The notes beneath the pieces were generated by a model. The model was not told where the DNA came from. It made no database searches and was given only the letters and a program-made list of their open reading frames with translations. DNA of 64,000 nucleotides, from contig NC_068981.1 in assembly GCF_001194135.2 (NCBI RefSeq), positions 189,890,052-189,954,051 on the forward strand, read 5' to 3'. The DNA is from Octopus bimaculoides. Taxonomy: Eukaryota. A program made the translations under genes and the position numbers. This document shows, one piece after another, positions 62,111 through 64,000 of the stretch (the stretch's first letter is position 1; every line of letters starts with the position of its first letter).

Positions 62111-63589
62111 AATCTTTGCTTCCCGACTATGGTGAAGCAGACAGGCTTTGAGGCAAAATGCTTGTGACCCTCAAGATATCTGTTGATGATACAGAAGGGT
62201 TTCTCACATTGTGAGGAACTTCAGACGAAGAGCCTACAATGTTACTGAACAGCACCTGCAGTTTCGGCATGGAGCAAAACATCTTCGATGATAATTTCAC
62301 CAATAATCAATAGTATTGATTATTTGAGACTTGAGACTATTGTTTCAATAATAGTACACTGATTAATTGTTGATAAAGAAAGTGACAACAGGGTTTCAGT
62401 TACTGTAAAGGAATAGGCTCAGAGCATGGCTTCTCATCATCTCTAGATATTCATGTAAAGGTTTATGAAATTAATATCAAAACATTATCAAAGGTGCTGT
62501 TCCATTCCAAATGAAGGTTATAGATAAGGTCTGTGTGTGAGGACGGTTCTTGAAGTAAAAAGGGCAAAATGCAATATCACTAATCGAATTAAAAATACAA
62601 GAAATTCCAAAATATTCAATTAAAAGTTTTGTACATTTTCTGGATTTCGAGAACATTTTTTTGTTGGTTTTCTTTATGTATCATATTTTGTATTCATCAA
62701 AAACAATACAAGTTGCATCAGAATGTGCATTTTGAATTTTCCGAATGTGTGCACGTATCATGACTACAGATTTTTATGTTCATATACGTGTCTTTGTATA
62801 TGCATGTTCAGGCAGCATTTCAGTTTGGAAAATTATCTTTGATACTTGAAATGTGAAAGAAAATATTCAAAAAACAAGCCTAAACAAATAAACAAACTTG
62901 GCCATTTTGTCTCATCTAACATGAGAATTAAATAATTTCTAATCAACTGTAGTTGGCCTTAGAAATATAAGATAAAATAACAAAATATAATAACATGAAA
63001 TAACAACAAAATAAAAAGAGGATGTTAGCTTTTGATGTGTTTTTTTTCTTCTTTTATTTCTTGAATTTTCTAGTCTTCCATAAAAGACAGCATGCTGAAA
63101 TCAAAAGCTTTCTTGAAAGCTTGTTCTTCTTAAATCACATTAAAAAATGTTATCCTTTTCCTTTGATCACCGGCTATCTTAGAATAAGTGAAATTCTCCA
63201 ATTATTAAGAACAACAATTCTGTTCTTCATTCGTTTTATCTTTGCGTTCTTCAATTGTCTCAAGTTGCCAATTAGTTTGTCTTCACTCTTAAATATATGA
63301 TTATCACTTGTATTTCGATTTCAATGCTCTACTGCTTTTAAATATCATTTTGAAACATAGCATGTTTAACTCATCTCATATTTCTGATAGCAATTTGATT
63401 TCATGTGGAGTGAAAGACACTAGAGTAAAAACAAAACAAAAAAAAGGACAAAAAAAACAAGGGGGGCGTTTTGTGGAGCTATTTTATTATATTTCCAGAG
63501 AAAAAAAATTGTTCTGCCAAGGTAGGAGAGATGTCTATGTCTCGCAGAAATAAAAAGCACAACCGAAACCACCGCCTCCTCCTCTCCCC

Positions 63590-63695
63590 TCCTCCTCCTA
63601 CTCATCATCATCGTCGTCGTCATCATCATCATCATCATCTTCTTCTTCATCACCACCACCACCACCACCACAACCACCACCGCCATCATCCTCAT

Positions 63696-63726
<31 letters not shown>

Positions 63727-63920
63727 GTTTAACATCCATTTTCTCGCGTTTGCATGGGTCAGATACAATTTGTTGAGGCAGATTTCCGACAGCTGGATGC
63801 CCTTCCTGTCACCAACCATGACATCTTTCCACACAAAGCAGTATTTACCCATGGCCAGACATGCTTTTCATGGAAGACTGGAAACGAATAATACCATTTG
63901 ATGTACATTTACAGACATCA
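63590..63920 (-). mobile_element. B2 tail with (GAT)/(GGT)n
   Basis: CCGACAGCTGGATGCCCTTCCTGTCACCAACC. Confidence 0.8.
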
Positions 63921-63941
63921 CATACACACGCACACGCACAC

Positions 63942-63984
<43 letters not shown>

Positions 63985-64000
63985 TACATACATATATATA

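Overview
This is an AT-rich, repeat-saturated eukaryotic scaffold with 12 N-gaps, most of them flanked by (TA)n. The SINE families and RTE tails look like octopus (coleoid cephalopod) repeats; that species call is inferred from remembered repeat consensuses, not from a database search. No host gene could be recognised, only one weak exon candidate at 30162-30256. Nearly all long ORFs in the track are microsatellite or gap artefacts. The window contains: (i) many copies of at least 4 tRNA-headed SINE families and of an RTE 3' end with (GAT)n tails; (ii) LINE relics (CR1, two RTE types, R4/Dong-like, HERO/NeSL-like); (iii) four Tc1/mariner elements, namely a full-length Hsmar1-like relic, a long-TIR deletion derivative, a DD37D maT derivative and a catalytic fragment; (iv) a Penelope-like element (PLE) with a 263-aa RT-thumb + GIY-YIG ORF. 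The most interesting signal is RNA-structural. The terminal repeat of this PLE reads ORF stop - tRNA-like A/B-box cassette - (AAT)n - minimal type I hammerhead ribozyme, with no T4 run, and occurs in several fold-back copies. At least 3 other clear and 3 degenerate, sequence-unrelated hammerhead motifs also occur, including one in a ~427-bp partial tandem, retrozyme-like unit at 43600-44315. The window also holds about 7 long near-perfect fold-back palindromes. Repeat boundaries were placed by eye (about +/-10-20 bp) and no folding or search programs were run.
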